Positions 38,672 to 48,077 are shown, counted from the first letter of the stretch. The stretch is 64,000 nt of DNA from Candidatus Micrarchaeota archaeon (GCA_026982895.1 JALWQW010000003.1:10063-74062), one strand, 5' to 3'. The notes: generated by a model from the sequence alone, not told the origin. A program made the numbers and translations.

Positions 38672-39031
38672 ATAAATCACCTATTTCAACCCTTTTTCCT
38701 CCTATTTAAATTTTTTGTTTGTGGTTTTTGACACTTATCATCAATAATATCTTGTGGTTAGAAATGTTTTTAAATGCCTATCTTTCTGCACTTATTAACT
38801 CAAAATCTTGTTATGGGTGTAGAATCCCCCTCCCCAAAATACACCTTACTTTTTCTCTTAATGGTCTCAGGGGTATCTAAGGTAAAGAGATTTTTCTGAA
38901 GAGGAGTTTATCAGTGTGATAACCTTGGTGTTCTGGTGGGGAATTTAGCTGCTAACTTTCTCAATTAGCGGTTAGTTTTAGACTCACCTATTGGCGCCAA
39001 CATACACAATCACAACATTCTTTTTTTTCGT

Positions 39032-39754
39032 CTAAAAGAGCCTGCTAAATAAGCCTTTTCTCTCCACCAATTTTCCTTCTTCTTTTAATTCTTCCACTAT
39101 TGTGTCGACGATAACCTTAGCGAGCTTATTACATGCAATGTTGCATTCGCCCCCATACATTTCTAAGAACACTTCTCTGCCAATGCCTCTGAATCTATTG
39201 GGCTTTTTATCTATCGCTATGAGGAGGATTGCCATATCCATTGGTAATAATCTCTCTTTATCCCCCTCAAGAGCCTCTCTAATTTTTTCCGCTGCGCCCT
39301 TTCTAAACCTCTTTAATTCATCCTCTATACCTGCTTCTATGCCAATCTGGTTTATGGCATAAATCCTATCTAGAGCCCACTTTAAAGGCACTTTAACCTT
39401 GTGATTTCTCTTAACGACTATTTCGCGGGCAGGGTGCATTTCAAGGATTATCTCGTCTTCCCCTTTGTCAAAATCAACGCCGACCAGTTCCTTCATGAGG
39501 AAGTTGTAATCCACCACATTTCCTTCTTTAAAGCCATCATACTTTGCATCTTCCTCATCAAACTGTTGAAGAAGTCTCTCCAGCTCAGGCTCTATTTTGC
39601 CTTCTCGTCTTAGTCGTTCGAGCTCTTTGCCCTCCTCCTCACAGGCCTTTTTATATTTATCAAGCACCTTTTTGGCATTGTCGTCGAGTTCGCGCAACCT
39701 CTCTTTATCCTTTCTTCTCAAACCCAAAGCCATCCTTTGGAGTATGTTGAGCAT
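39032..39754 (-). CDS. Hypothetical charged protein ending in amphipathic KGLFSRLF
   Basis: ATG 39754 with GGTGA SD preferred over TTG 39820. Confidence 0.65.
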   Translation of the reverse strand: MLNILQRMALGLRRKDKERLRELDDNAKKVLDKYKKACEEEGKELERLRREGKIEPELERLLQQFDEEDAKYDGFKEGNVVDYNFLMKELVGVDFDKGEDEIILEMHPAREIVVKRNHKVKVPLKWALDRIYAINQIGIEAGIEDELKRFRKGAAEKIREALEGDKERLLPMDMAILLIAIDKKPNRFRGIGREVFLEMYGGECNIACNKLAKVIVDTIVEELKEEGKLVERKGLFSRLF

Positions 39755-39892
39755 GTTATCACCAACAAGTTGGCTCTTTCTTCCTTTTTTAAATCTCTCC
39801 TTGCCTTTTTTGACATTCAACCCAATTTGTTAAGCCACCACCTCTGTATTATGTAAGCATCCTCTTCTTACCGAGCCCTAGTCACACCAACA

Positions 39893-39900
39893 TTTTTAAA
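39893..39900 (+). promoter_or_regulatory. TATA box of the VirB4-like operon (probably leaderless mRNA)
   Basis: TTTTTAAA about 22 nt upstream of ATG 39922; no SD. Confidence 0.5.
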
Positions 39901-39921
39901 CCCTCGTTTCCCAATGTCGGT

Positions 39922-40752
39922 ATGGAACCCAGGAAGGTGTATTTAATAGCTCTTGCTCTTGCGGTCTTTGCGGCTTTCTCTGCTCTTACTGCTGGTGGTA
40001 TGGTTGCTGTTATAGGCGTTGTATTCGCTGTTATAGGAGCATTGGGTGCAACTGTTTTTTACAAATATGGCTTTGTAGTCTTCCCCACAATAACGTCGAT
40101 GCTTAAGAAAACGGCCGTGACGAAGAGCGGTTTTGAGATACCCCCCTCTCAAGATGTTATCATGAAGAAAACCAAGGAGGGTACATACTTTGCTGCTATG
40201 TATCTAACATTTAAGTTGTATCAGTCAGCCGTCGAATCAGAAGAAACTCAGCTCCTCACCTATAATAAAATGTTTGAGAGGGCTATGGCGGGCTTCAATG
40301 GAACTGCAAGGATAAATATGGTGCTTAACGCTGTAGACATTACATCAAAGAAACAAGAACTTGAAACTAAGAAAGCAGAGGCTCAGCTTCACTTACAGAG
40401 AGAGCGTGAAAAGGCTGAGCCAGATCCTCTTCGCATAGAGCGCTTTGAAAGGGAAGTTATGTACTGGAATGCTCAAATAGATAAACTGAGCAAGGGTTTG
40501 AGGCCCATGCGTGTCGTCATATATGCGAGCGTTTATGATGCTGGTTTAACGAAGGAAGAGGCTCTTGCTCGTGTTAGGGAACAGGCTATTCAGCTAAGAA
40601 CATTATTGAGCAATGCTTTGAATTGTGAGGTCTATCTATTAACTGCTGATGAAATGTTAAGGGCGTTTCAGTGGGATCAGTTCATTCCCGTTACAATGGA
40701 AGAAATGGAGGCTCAGATAGAGAAGGAAAAGAGCGCCGCGTCAAATCTTTGA
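39922..40752 (+). CDS. 2-TM protein with alpha/beta domain and coiled coil (VirB3/VirB4-N-terminal-like), paralogue 1
   Basis: N-terminal TM hairpin, YKYG, EIPPSQ, YNKMFER, PDP, NALNC.V; upstream of the VirB4-like ATPase. Confidence 0.7.
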   Translation: MEPRKVYLIALALAVFAAFSALTAGGMVAVIGVVFAVIGALGATVFYKYGFVVFPTITSMLKKTAVTKSGFEIPPSQDVIMKKTKEGTYFAAMYLTFKLYQSAVESEETQLLTYNKMFERAMAGFNGTARINMVLNAVDITSKKQELETKKAEAQLHLQREREKAEPDPLRIERFEREVMYWNAQIDKLSKGLRPMRVVIYASVYDAGLTKEEALARVREQAIQLRTLLSNALNCEVYLLTADEMLRAFQWDQFIPVTMEEMEAQIEKEKSAASNL

Positions 40753-40760
40753 GGGATAAT

Positions 40761-41573
40761 ATGGACACAAAATCAGCATATCTTGTCTTCTTTGGTTTAG
40801 GAGGTCTTGGGGTAGGCATTGCCTTTGCTACTGGTGGTGGTTTAGGTGTTATACTAGGCACTCTCCTTGCTATGATTGGCGCTGCGGGCGCTGTTTTAGT
40901 CTATAAATATGGATATTACCTTATCCCATACTTCCTTTATCACGACGAAAATGTTCTTCTTATGTTGGATGACTATGAAATTACACCAAGCCAAGAATTC
41001 ATAATAAAGAAGACTGGTGATGGAGAATATTATGCTAGCGGTTATTTGGCAATAAATGTATTCAAATCCGCTGTCGAGATGAGTGATGAACAAATAGTTG
41101 CATACAATAAGATGTATGAGCGTTTAATGGCGTCGTTTAAGGATATTATAAAAGTAGGGTATCTCCTCCACCTCGTCGATACATCAGATAAAAAAGCCGA
41201 TTTGGAAAGTAAGATAGAGGAAACACAGAAGCTATTGAAGAAGGAAAAGAGCAAAGCCCAGCCAGACCCCATAAAAGTAGATAATTATGAGCGTAAGCTC
41301 ATGTTTTGGCGTCATCAAGTCGATAGGGTTGTCAAGGGTGAGAAGCCTTTGAAGGTTTTATTATTTGCTCAGATTACGCAGAGAGGTGGAACTCGGGATG
41401 AGGCGTTGGCTAAAGTAAAGAGCAAAGTGAATGAAATGAGAACGCTTATAGCCAATACATTAAATTGTGATGTTCAGCCCATAAAAGATAAGGAGCTTGT
41501 GAGCTTTGTCCAATGGGATAAATTAGTCCCACTCACGCCTGAGGACTTGGAGAGGAGGGCTGAAGCAGAATAA
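40761..41573 (+). CDS. 2-TM protein with alpha/beta domain and coiled coil, paralogue 2
   Basis: Same motifs as paralogue 1: YKYG, EITPSQ, YNKMYER, PDP, NTLNC.V, QWD; ATG 40761. Confidence 0.7.
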   Translation: MDTKSAYLVFFGLGGLGVGIAFATGGGLGVILGTLLAMIGAAGAVLVYKYGYYLIPYFLYHDENVLLMLDDYEITPSQEFIIKKTGDGEYYASGYLAINVFKSAVEMSDEQIVAYNKMYERLMASFKDIIKVGYLLHLVDTSDKKADLESKIEETQKLLKKEKSKAQPDPIKVDNYERKLMFWRHQVDRVVKGEKPLKVLLFAQITQRGGTRDEALAKVKSKVNEMRTLIANTLNCDVQPIKDKELVSFVQWDKLVPLTPEDLERRAEAE

Positions 41574-41582
41574 GGTGATATT

Positions 41583-43154
41583 ATGCCAACAAAACTTAAT
41601 TCATATCCTATGAAAATTCAGGAAAGCAATAACATGGAGCTTGCTAGGAGAAATATACTTCATCATCCACCAGAACCTCCGCCGGAGTTTTTAATGGAAA
41701 GTGCGTCGGAAGGTATCTATATAGGTAGAACAGATGTTTTAAATACGCCTTTCTTCTGGACGCCGAAATATGTTACGAATCCACATATAGCCATCGTCGG
41801 TATATCTGGTAGTGGTAAGTCCTATTTTATTAAGACTCTCCTAATCAGGGCTAGTTTTGTTTGGGATGCTAATGCCGTTATCATAGACTGGGCTGGCGAA
41901 TATAAGGATTGGGTATTGGAGACAGGAGGTAAGGTTGTTTCTTTGGGTAAGGGCAATTACCTAAACCTTCTCGATTTGGGTGGCATGCGCCCCTATGATA
42001 GAATTAAGCAGGTTATGTCGACATTGGAAGTGCTTAGCGACATTGGCCAGTATCCCGAACAGAAGCGTTTAACTGAGCAGGCCATTGAAGAGGCTTATGT
42101 TAGGGCTAAATTTAAGCTGGATTCTCGCGACCAAAGGGACGAGCTTGGCAATCCACTTGAACCGCCGACGCTCAAAGATGTCGTTAAGATATTGGAAGAG
42201 CAGAGGCAGATGGGAACCTATGAATATCCATCCGAGCTCAACAATGCTATTTACCGTCTACAAAAAATGACTCGCGAGGGTGAGGATTATTTCGCCCAAA
42301 GGAGCACGATTAGTTTAGATGACATCATCCACTCAGGTCTTGTAGACATGGATTTAACAGGTTTACCCGACGAGGAGACAAGAGCTCTCGGCGCTTTGAC
42401 TCTCCTCCAATTCATCAAGGAAAAGATGCGTCTGGAAGGGGCACAGGATGTTAAGGGCGTTAAACTCATAACAGTGCTAGACGAGGCGTGGAAGATAGCA
42501 GGAGCTGAGAATAGCGATGTCGTTATGATTGTGAGAGAAGGTCGTAAGTATAATTTCTCATTAATTGTAGCGAGCCAGAACCCGACAGATATAAGCCAGA
42601 GTATATTCAGCAATGTTGGAACGACTTTCATGCTTAAGACGAAGTTTGAATCCTATCTTGACTATTTACAGGGCTCTCTTAGGTTTACCGATTATTTAAG
42701 GAGCAAGATTATGCAGTTCGGTGTTGGACAGACAGCTGTGAATATGGCCTTCTATGTTCCTCTTCAATTCTCTCAAACATTTGTGATTAAGCACATTGAA
42801 GGTGAAGAACCTGTTAAAGATTACTTCATTACCTTTAAAGGTGTGGAGGGGGTGCCAATGGCATTTTCTATATCTATCAAGAAGAACGATTTCCGCGCCC
42901 GTCTGAGGCGTTTTGGGCTTAGTGATGAGCATGTTGAAGCCATAACCTCTAAATTCGAGAAGAATTCCCGTCGTTTAAATGTCGTTGATTTGGCTTTGGG
43001 TTTAGAGAGGTATGGTGTGGAACGAAGAACAATCGTCGATTTTCTCAAGGAGATGGGCGTCGACGATGCCACAATCATCAATATCTTTACAAAGGTCGAT
43101 TTCAAGAAGAGTGGCTCCTCTGGAAAGCCCACGAGGCTGTTCTTGAAGAAGTGA
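41583..43154 (+). CDS. VirB4/TraC/CedB-like (FtsK-HerA superfamily) ATPase
   Basis: IYIG, NPHIAIVGISGSGKS, IIDWAGEY, LNLLD, PTLKD, VLDEAW, REGRKY, ASQ. Confidence 0.9.
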   Translation: MPTKLNSYPMKIQESNNMELARRNILHHPPEPPPEFLMESASEGIYIGRTDVLNTPFFWTPKYVTNPHIAIVGISGSGKSYFIKTLLIRASFVWDANAVIIDWAGEYKDWVLETGGKVVSLGKGNYLNLLDLGGMRPYDRIKQVMSTLEVLSDIGQYPEQKRLTEQAIEEAYVRAKFKLDSRDQRDELGNPLEPPTLKDVVKILEEQRQMGTYEYPSELNNAIYRLQKMTREGEDYFAQRSTISLDDIIHSGLVDMDLTGLPDEETRALGALTLLQFIKEKMRLEGAQDVKGVKLITVLDEAWKIAGAENSDVVMIVREGRKYNFSLIVASQNPTDISQSIFSNVGTTFMLKTKFESYLDYLQGSLRFTDYLRSKIMQFGVGQTAVNMAFYVPLQFSQTFVIKHIEGEEPVKDYFITFKGVEGVPMAFSISIKKNDFRARLRRFGLSDEHVEAITSKFEKNSRRLNVVDLALGLERYGVERRTIVDFLKEMGVDDATIINIFTKVDFKKSGSSGKPTRLFLKK

Positions 43155-43158
43155 TACT

Positions 43159-43689
43159 ATGCCAAAGGCCATTTGTGTAGCCACGGGCAAGGAAGTGAAG
43201 GAAGGCTACAAAGTTATAGACGACCCTGTTATAAAGTTTATTCGAGCGGTTAAGATGCGTATGGGTAGCTACAAGGGCAATTTACTTTATGTTTCTGAAG
43301 AGGCCAAGGAGGAATATGTCAAGAAGCGTAAAGGCTTCGAGAGGTATCTGCTCATAGCCACAGGCATTGCTATAGTTATCCTTGTTTTGGCGGTTTTTCT
43401 GCCTTTGGTTACAAGTGATTTCAATAGAGCTTTAAGCAATCTATTACCTTCTCTATTCTTTTCTCTCATATTCTATTTCTTAGCCTTTGCTCAATATGTG
43501 CCGCGCTTCGAGGATAAACTTACAAAGGTGCCTGCTAAATATATTTCTAAAGACGATACTCCCAACACGGAAAAAAATAATAATGCGAAATCCTCTAAAA
43601 AATCCTCTACACGCGCAAAAACTAATACAAAGCCAAGGGCTAAATCTAAAGCTTCTAAAGCAAAACCGCGTAGAGGAAAGCGGAGGTGA
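43159..43689 (+). CDS. 2-TM membrane protein with Lys-rich tail
   Basis: Basic N-terminal domain, two TMs, low-complexity K/S/A tail; in operon. Confidence 0.7.
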   Translation: MPKAICVATGKEVKEGYKVIDDPVIKFIRAVKMRMGSYKGNLLYVSEEAKEEYVKKRKGFERYLLIATGIAIVILVLAVFLPLVTSDFNRALSNLLPSLFFSLIFYFLAFAQYVPRFEDKLTKVPAKYISKDDTPNTEKNNNAKSSKKSSTRAKTNTKPRAKSKASKAKPRRGKRR

Positions 43690-43693
43690 TTGA

Positions 43694-44398
43694 ATGGAAA
43701 TTGCTATTGATACAATCGAGCTCCGGACAAAATCCAAAGTTGCTCTGACTGAAGTCTATAAAGTCATTTCAGGATTTAAAGGCTATTATATATCGAAAGA
43801 ATCTGGCCATGTCTACCTTGCTTCAATAGAAGAGCGAGACATCTCTGATAACCCAAAACGCTTCTTCATAATTGATTTTATGCCATCAGGTGTTGATATA
43901 TCCTTCACTGTTCAAGAAGATGAGAGCCCTTCTGTGAGGCGATTACAGGTTCTTTCGAAGGCCCTTCCTCTATTAGAGCCACTCATGCCAAAATATAATC
44001 TATCCACTCAGCCTTTATTGGCTCTCATGGATTCTGCTCTCACGGAATTCCTTCATAAATTTACAAAGGATGCTAAAGAGGTTTTGATAGACAATGACTG
44101 GCTGAAGGAGCGTGTCAAGGAGCTTCAAAATAAACTTTCCGCCTGCCAGACGAATGTTAAGGACTTGACAACTAAATTGTATGAGGTTAATTCTGAATTG
44201 GCATCTCTCAGGCTCAAATTAAAGAAATATGAGGTGCCATCAGACGAGGCGTTGAAGCAGCTTCTCATAGATTGGATAAAAGAGCATGACGGCGAAGTTG
44301 ATATCGAGGAGTTTTCAAAGGTCAGGGGCGTTCCTATCGCGAGGGTGGAGGATATGCTCACCCGCCTTGTAGAAGAGAAGGCTGTAAAACCTCTGTGA
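43694..44398 (+). CDS. Alpha/beta domain, coiled coil and C-terminal winged-helix protein
   Basis: Heptad region LKERVKELQNKL...LRLKL; C-terminal WIKEHDGEVDIEEFSK..GV....VEDML..LVEE; GGAGGTGA SD. Confidence 0.7.
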   Translation: MEIAIDTIELRTKSKVALTEVYKVISGFKGYYISKESGHVYLASIEERDISDNPKRFFIIDFMPSGVDISFTVQEDESPSVRRLQVLSKALPLLEPLMPKYNLSTQPLLALMDSALTEFLHKFTKDAKEVLIDNDWLKERVKELQNKLSACQTNVKDLTTKLYEVNSELASLRLKLKKYEVPSDEALKQLLIDWIKEHDGEVDIEEFSKVRGVPIARVEDMLTRLVEEKAVKPL

Positions 44399-44399
44399 G

Positions 44400-46940
44400 G
44401 TGAAATCGTTGCCGAAATCGCCAAAAAGAGCTAAAAAACGCTTCATAATCATACGCGAGCCAAAATATACTAAGAGGTTCAGCGTTAAAAAGGAATCTCC
44501 TATAGACAAGTTGTTGGCAGCGTTATCCCCTCCTAAAAAAGTTAAGAAGGAAAGGGGTGTAGTGAAGAAAGTAGAAGAGAAGGTAGAGGTAAAGGGAAAG
44601 GATATAACTATTGGAAAGCTTTTGCCTGTCATTATTCTTTTACTCTTTATTGGCTTTGGTTATTGGCAGTATATGGAGTTTACTAAACTGCTTAAATCTG
44701 CTGCTGGCACCACATCCCGTGCTGCGGTTACTAATTCCATTTTAGTCTCGCCTATTTCATCATATATAACTGATTATGGAAAGTGGACTAATCCTTCTAA
44801 GGCTGTTATCTTCAATATAAATAGTAAAGATGCTGTGGATGTCTCTTATGGTGCTTTAAACAAGCAATATTATGGTGCTGTCTATGTGTTGTCTACATCG
44901 AAGCTTCGCAATGTTGTGGAGGGATTAGATGGTTTCATAGAAAAGGCAAAAGCATCACATCTGCTTGTTCAAAGGATATACTCACCCCATCAACTTCTTA
45001 ATCTTCCTAAAAAATCAATAGTTATAATCATCTCTGAATTCTTTCCATCTGAAGTTGCACCATATATATCTACTTTATTGTCCAGAGAAGTGCATATTGT
45101 TATTGTTGGAGCTTCCCCGGATTATCAAGAGGAGAGTGGCTTCTTTAAATCTGCAATGGGATTTTGGTCTAATTATGGTATAGCCTTCTCTGCCTATGGA
45201 GGATCAGCTAAACCTTTGAAAGCTAAAACTGTTAAATATAAAGTTGTAGGTGGCAAAACAGTAACAACAGATGGGCTGGTTGGTCCTGTTACTTATTTGA
45301 GAGATATACATATAGATAAGAAGCGCACTTATCCAGGAGATTTTGTATTTTTAACGGGTTCTGTTAGCCAAGATTTCAACAGATATTGGAAGAGTTCCTC
45401 AGATTTTTCTGCCGATTTGTATAGTGTCACAACATCTCTTATCAATAAATGGTTATCCGGACACTCTTCATATAAAGGTATAAAAGGTGCCGCATCGCTA
45501 GCTTATGGTACTTCAAGTGGAACTGGTGATGCATTCATATTTACTAAAACTTCTCAAAAGGGTAAACCTATTGCATATATGTTTGGCTATGCTCGAAAGG
45601 ATTATCCTGGCAAGGCATTATTTCATGATGTATCTCCTATTTATCCTTATTATATCTCTGGTCAAGCGTCTTTAATTGAATTCGAAGCATCACCTACTGA
45701 GCCAGATAGATTCACAAAGGTTTTGCTTAGTGTTTTTGACAGTTCATCCAAGGAGGTTGATTCGTTGCCAGTAAATAAAGGCTCTCTTATCCCAGCTGGT
45801 GTCCCTATGGAAGTGGAGTATTTCAATAAAGAGTTGAAGGAGGGCTCATATACATTTGTCTTCACAGATGCTAATAGTGGTGAAATATTTGCTAGAAGCT
45901 TTTTGGAGATGGGCAAGCCCACTGTTAGAGCAAAGGTTGATTTTACAAAAGCTCGATTTGGCTTTACATTTTTAGTTAATGGAAAGCCGTATCCTGTTCG
46001 TTCAGTAACCATTAAATATAAGGATTGGCATGCCACTTATAACAATATAGATCATGTTGTGGTTGATTTAAGTGATTTATTTGGTGGTGCTGTACCCTCA
46101 GGCACTTATGAGTTCGAGGTTTATATAGCTGGCGTAGAAAAGCCATATAAAATAAAATTCACAAAGGCAGACACAGTCGGTATAAAGCGGCTTTTATCGC
46201 CGACAAACATCATAATGATTCTCCTAGCCGGCGGCTTTTATATAGCAGGCGCTATTTTAAAGAGGCGTGAGGAATCACCTTACAGTATAGATGTGCCGGA
46301 TTTCGCCCCTGTTGAATATGAAACTATAGAAATTACCGAAGAGCAGCTCTTAAATGCCTTTGATGTCGTCAATGATTACTACAAATGGAAGCTTACGCCA
46401 TTAACTCTAGATGATATTAAGAAGGGCATTCAAATGGTTCTCATGAGAAAGGACTTAGTCCTCAACGACTTTAATGTTGAACTTGTCCTTGAAAATCTAG
46501 TTAAAGAAGGACTTATCCTTAGAGTAGATAAATTCTATTTGAAGAAGGAGTGGACTGAAAAGGGCTTTAGCGCCGAGCAGCTTATAATGTTCAGGGAATT
46601 GCGTGATACTGCCATTGAATCTGCTATTCCTTTCAAACCTTTATCCAAAGCGCTTCCACACACAAAATTAACTCTCCCCTGGCAGCAATTTTGGGTTTAT
46701 TTATATAATCCTCTTCAGAGGGAATCTATAATTAAGCACATTGTTAGAAATTATTCGCCGAAAGAAGATATTGTTCAAGTTATATTATTCTATGATGATT
46801 TTGAAAAAGAGTCCTTTGACCTAGTGCTTAGCGACGGCCGAAAAATAACCTCTCTCATAAAAGGCTATATCGACAATGAGTTCGTCTTCATCTTCACTCT
46901 AAAAGAGTTTATGAAAAAATTAAAGCAGCTCAAATCATAA
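44400..46940 (+). CDS. Large 2-TM membrane protein with about 500-aa ectodomain and cytoplasmic C-terminal domain
   Basis: TM1 LLPVIILLLFIGFGYW, beta-rich ectodomain, TM2 IIMILLAGGFYIAGAIL. True start may be TTG 44409 after GAGGTGA. Confidence 0.75.
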   Translation: MKSLPKSPKRAKKRFIIIREPKYTKRFSVKKESPIDKLLAALSPPKKVKKERGVVKKVEEKVEVKGKDITIGKLLPVIILLLFIGFGYWQYMEFTKLLKSAAGTTSRAAVTNSILVSPISSYITDYGKWTNPSKAVIFNINSKDAVDVSYGALNKQYYGAVYVLSTSKLRNVVEGLDGFIEKAKASHLLVQRIYSPHQLLNLPKKSIVIIISEFFPSEVAPYISTLLSREVHIVIVGASPDYQEESGFFKSAMGFWSNYGIAFSAYGGSAKPLKAKTVKYKVVGGKTVTTDGLVGPVTYLRDIHIDKKRTYPGDFVFLTGSVSQDFNRYWKSSSDFSADLYSVTTSLINKWLSGHSSYKGIKGAASLAYGTSSGTGDAFIFTKTSQKGKPIAYMFGYARKDYPGKALFHDVSPIYPYYISGQASLIEFEASPTEPDRFTKVLLSVFDSSSKEVDSLPVNKGSLIPAGVPMEVEYFNKELKEGSYTFVFTDANSGEIFARSFLEMGKPTVRAKVDFTKARFGFTFLVNGKPYPVRSVTIKYKDWHATYNNIDHVVVDLSDLFGGAVPSGTYEFEVYIAGVEKPYKIKFTKADTVGIKRLLSPTNIIMILLAGGFYIAGAILKRREESPYSIDVPDFAPVEYETIEITEEQLLNAFDVVNDYYKWKLTPLTLDDIKKGIQMVLMRKDLVLNDFNVELVLENLVKEGLILRVDKFYLKKEWTEKGFSAEQLIMFRELRDTAIESAIPFKPLSKALPHTKLTLPWQQFWVYLYNPLQRESIIKHIVRNYSPKEDIVQVILFYDDFEKESFDLVLSDGRKITSLIKGYIDNEFVFIFTLKEFMKKLKQLKS

Positions 46941-46983
46941 TTGTTTTAATATGAAGATAGAGGGAAGATAAAGGGCTTTACAA

Positions 46984-48015
46984 CTAAATGTATTTTTCAT
47001 AAATTTGGAGATAGCGCTCGGCAATTCGTTCTCCTTCGCTTTCTACTTTAGACTTTAACAGTTCTGCCAATTCTTTTTTATTGTCCTTTGCATAGGAAAT
47101 AGCATCCAGCATAGACGCATTATCTTTATATACGAGCCTCCTATCGACTTCTTTTAAGAACTCTGCAAGAGGGCTCTCTTCATTTGCTATGGCAACATTG
47201 CCCATCCTCATATACTCCCAAGCATAGTAGGGAAAAGCAGAGCTATTTTTTGGTTCAGCAAATATATATGTTTGCTCATATAATCCTTTTCTCTCGTCAA
47301 ACCTATATGCATTTTCCTTCCCATTCCCTTTTTCCTTTATGAGGAAGTGCTTTACTTCTTTCCCCATCTTATTCTTTATGCTATCTGCTCTACCTGTAAG
47401 CTCCCTTCCCTTGTCTTCATGTTCTGTTGACGAGATGTATGCTATATATCTAGGCCTTCCCCCTTTTTTCTTTTCAAATTTATATATTGGCAGTGGAATA
47501 ATAGTTCCATTTCCAACCAAACCACTCATTTCCTTCGCTATGAAGGCACTTGGATAAACAACCTCGTCGTAAAAGTGATACAGCCACTTAACATATTTTT
47601 TGGCGGTGTCTTCTATAAAAGAAGCGAGCTTACCAGCACTGGCTTTGGCCGTGGTCTCTGGCAAATTGTCAGTTATAGTGCTTATTGCCGGGATTTCCAA
47701 ATCCTTTTTACATGTCGCTGCAGCCAATGCCATAGAGGCTACCCCAACATTATGGATTATGTCAATATCTAATCCACTGACTATTTTTTTAGCCGATAAG
47801 AACGGCGAGAGGCTTAATCTCAATTGAGGATATTGCTTTACATATGCAGAGCTAAATGTGAAAACACCCTCTTCGCCCTTTACTTTCTTCTTTGGTGTTG
47901 CAGTGAGGATATATACTTTATGTCCTTCCTTTTCATACCTCTTTTTTAGGAACCTCACCGTCTCGGATATGGGGTTTTTCTCAAAGTAAAAATCTGTGAA
48001 AATCGCTATTCGCAT
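46984..48015 (-). CDS. Glycosyltransferase, GT4-like (divergent)
   Basis: MRIAIFTDFY, GHKVYILT, DIDIIH, YPS, C-terminal IAERYLQIY. Confidence 0.78.
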   Translation of the reverse strand: MRIAIFTDFYFEKNPISETVRFLKKRYEKEGHKVYILTATPKKKVKGEEGVFTFSSAYVKQYPQLRLSLSPFLSAKKIVSGLDIDIIHNVGVASMALAAATCKKDLEIPAISTITDNLPETTAKASAGKLASFIEDTAKKYVKWLYHFYDEVVYPSAFIAKEMSGLVGNGTIIPLPIYKFEKKKGGRPRYIAYISSTEHEDKGRELTGRADSIKNKMGKEVKHFLIKEKGNGKENAYRFDERKGLYEQTYIFAEPKNSSAFPYYAWEYMRMGNVAIANEESPLAEFLKEVDRRLVYKDNASMLDAISYAKDNKKELAELLKSKVESEGERIAERYLQIYEKYI

Positions 48016-48077
48016 CCTAATTCTCTTGCCACTAACATTTTAAAGGATTTTTGGCGTAAAGGGGAAGGAGGGATAAT

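Noticed and set aside
41583..43154. DNA-repair helicase HerA call
   Set aside because: No N-terminal HAS barrel and no nurA/mre11/rad50 neighbours; the context is membrane proteins.
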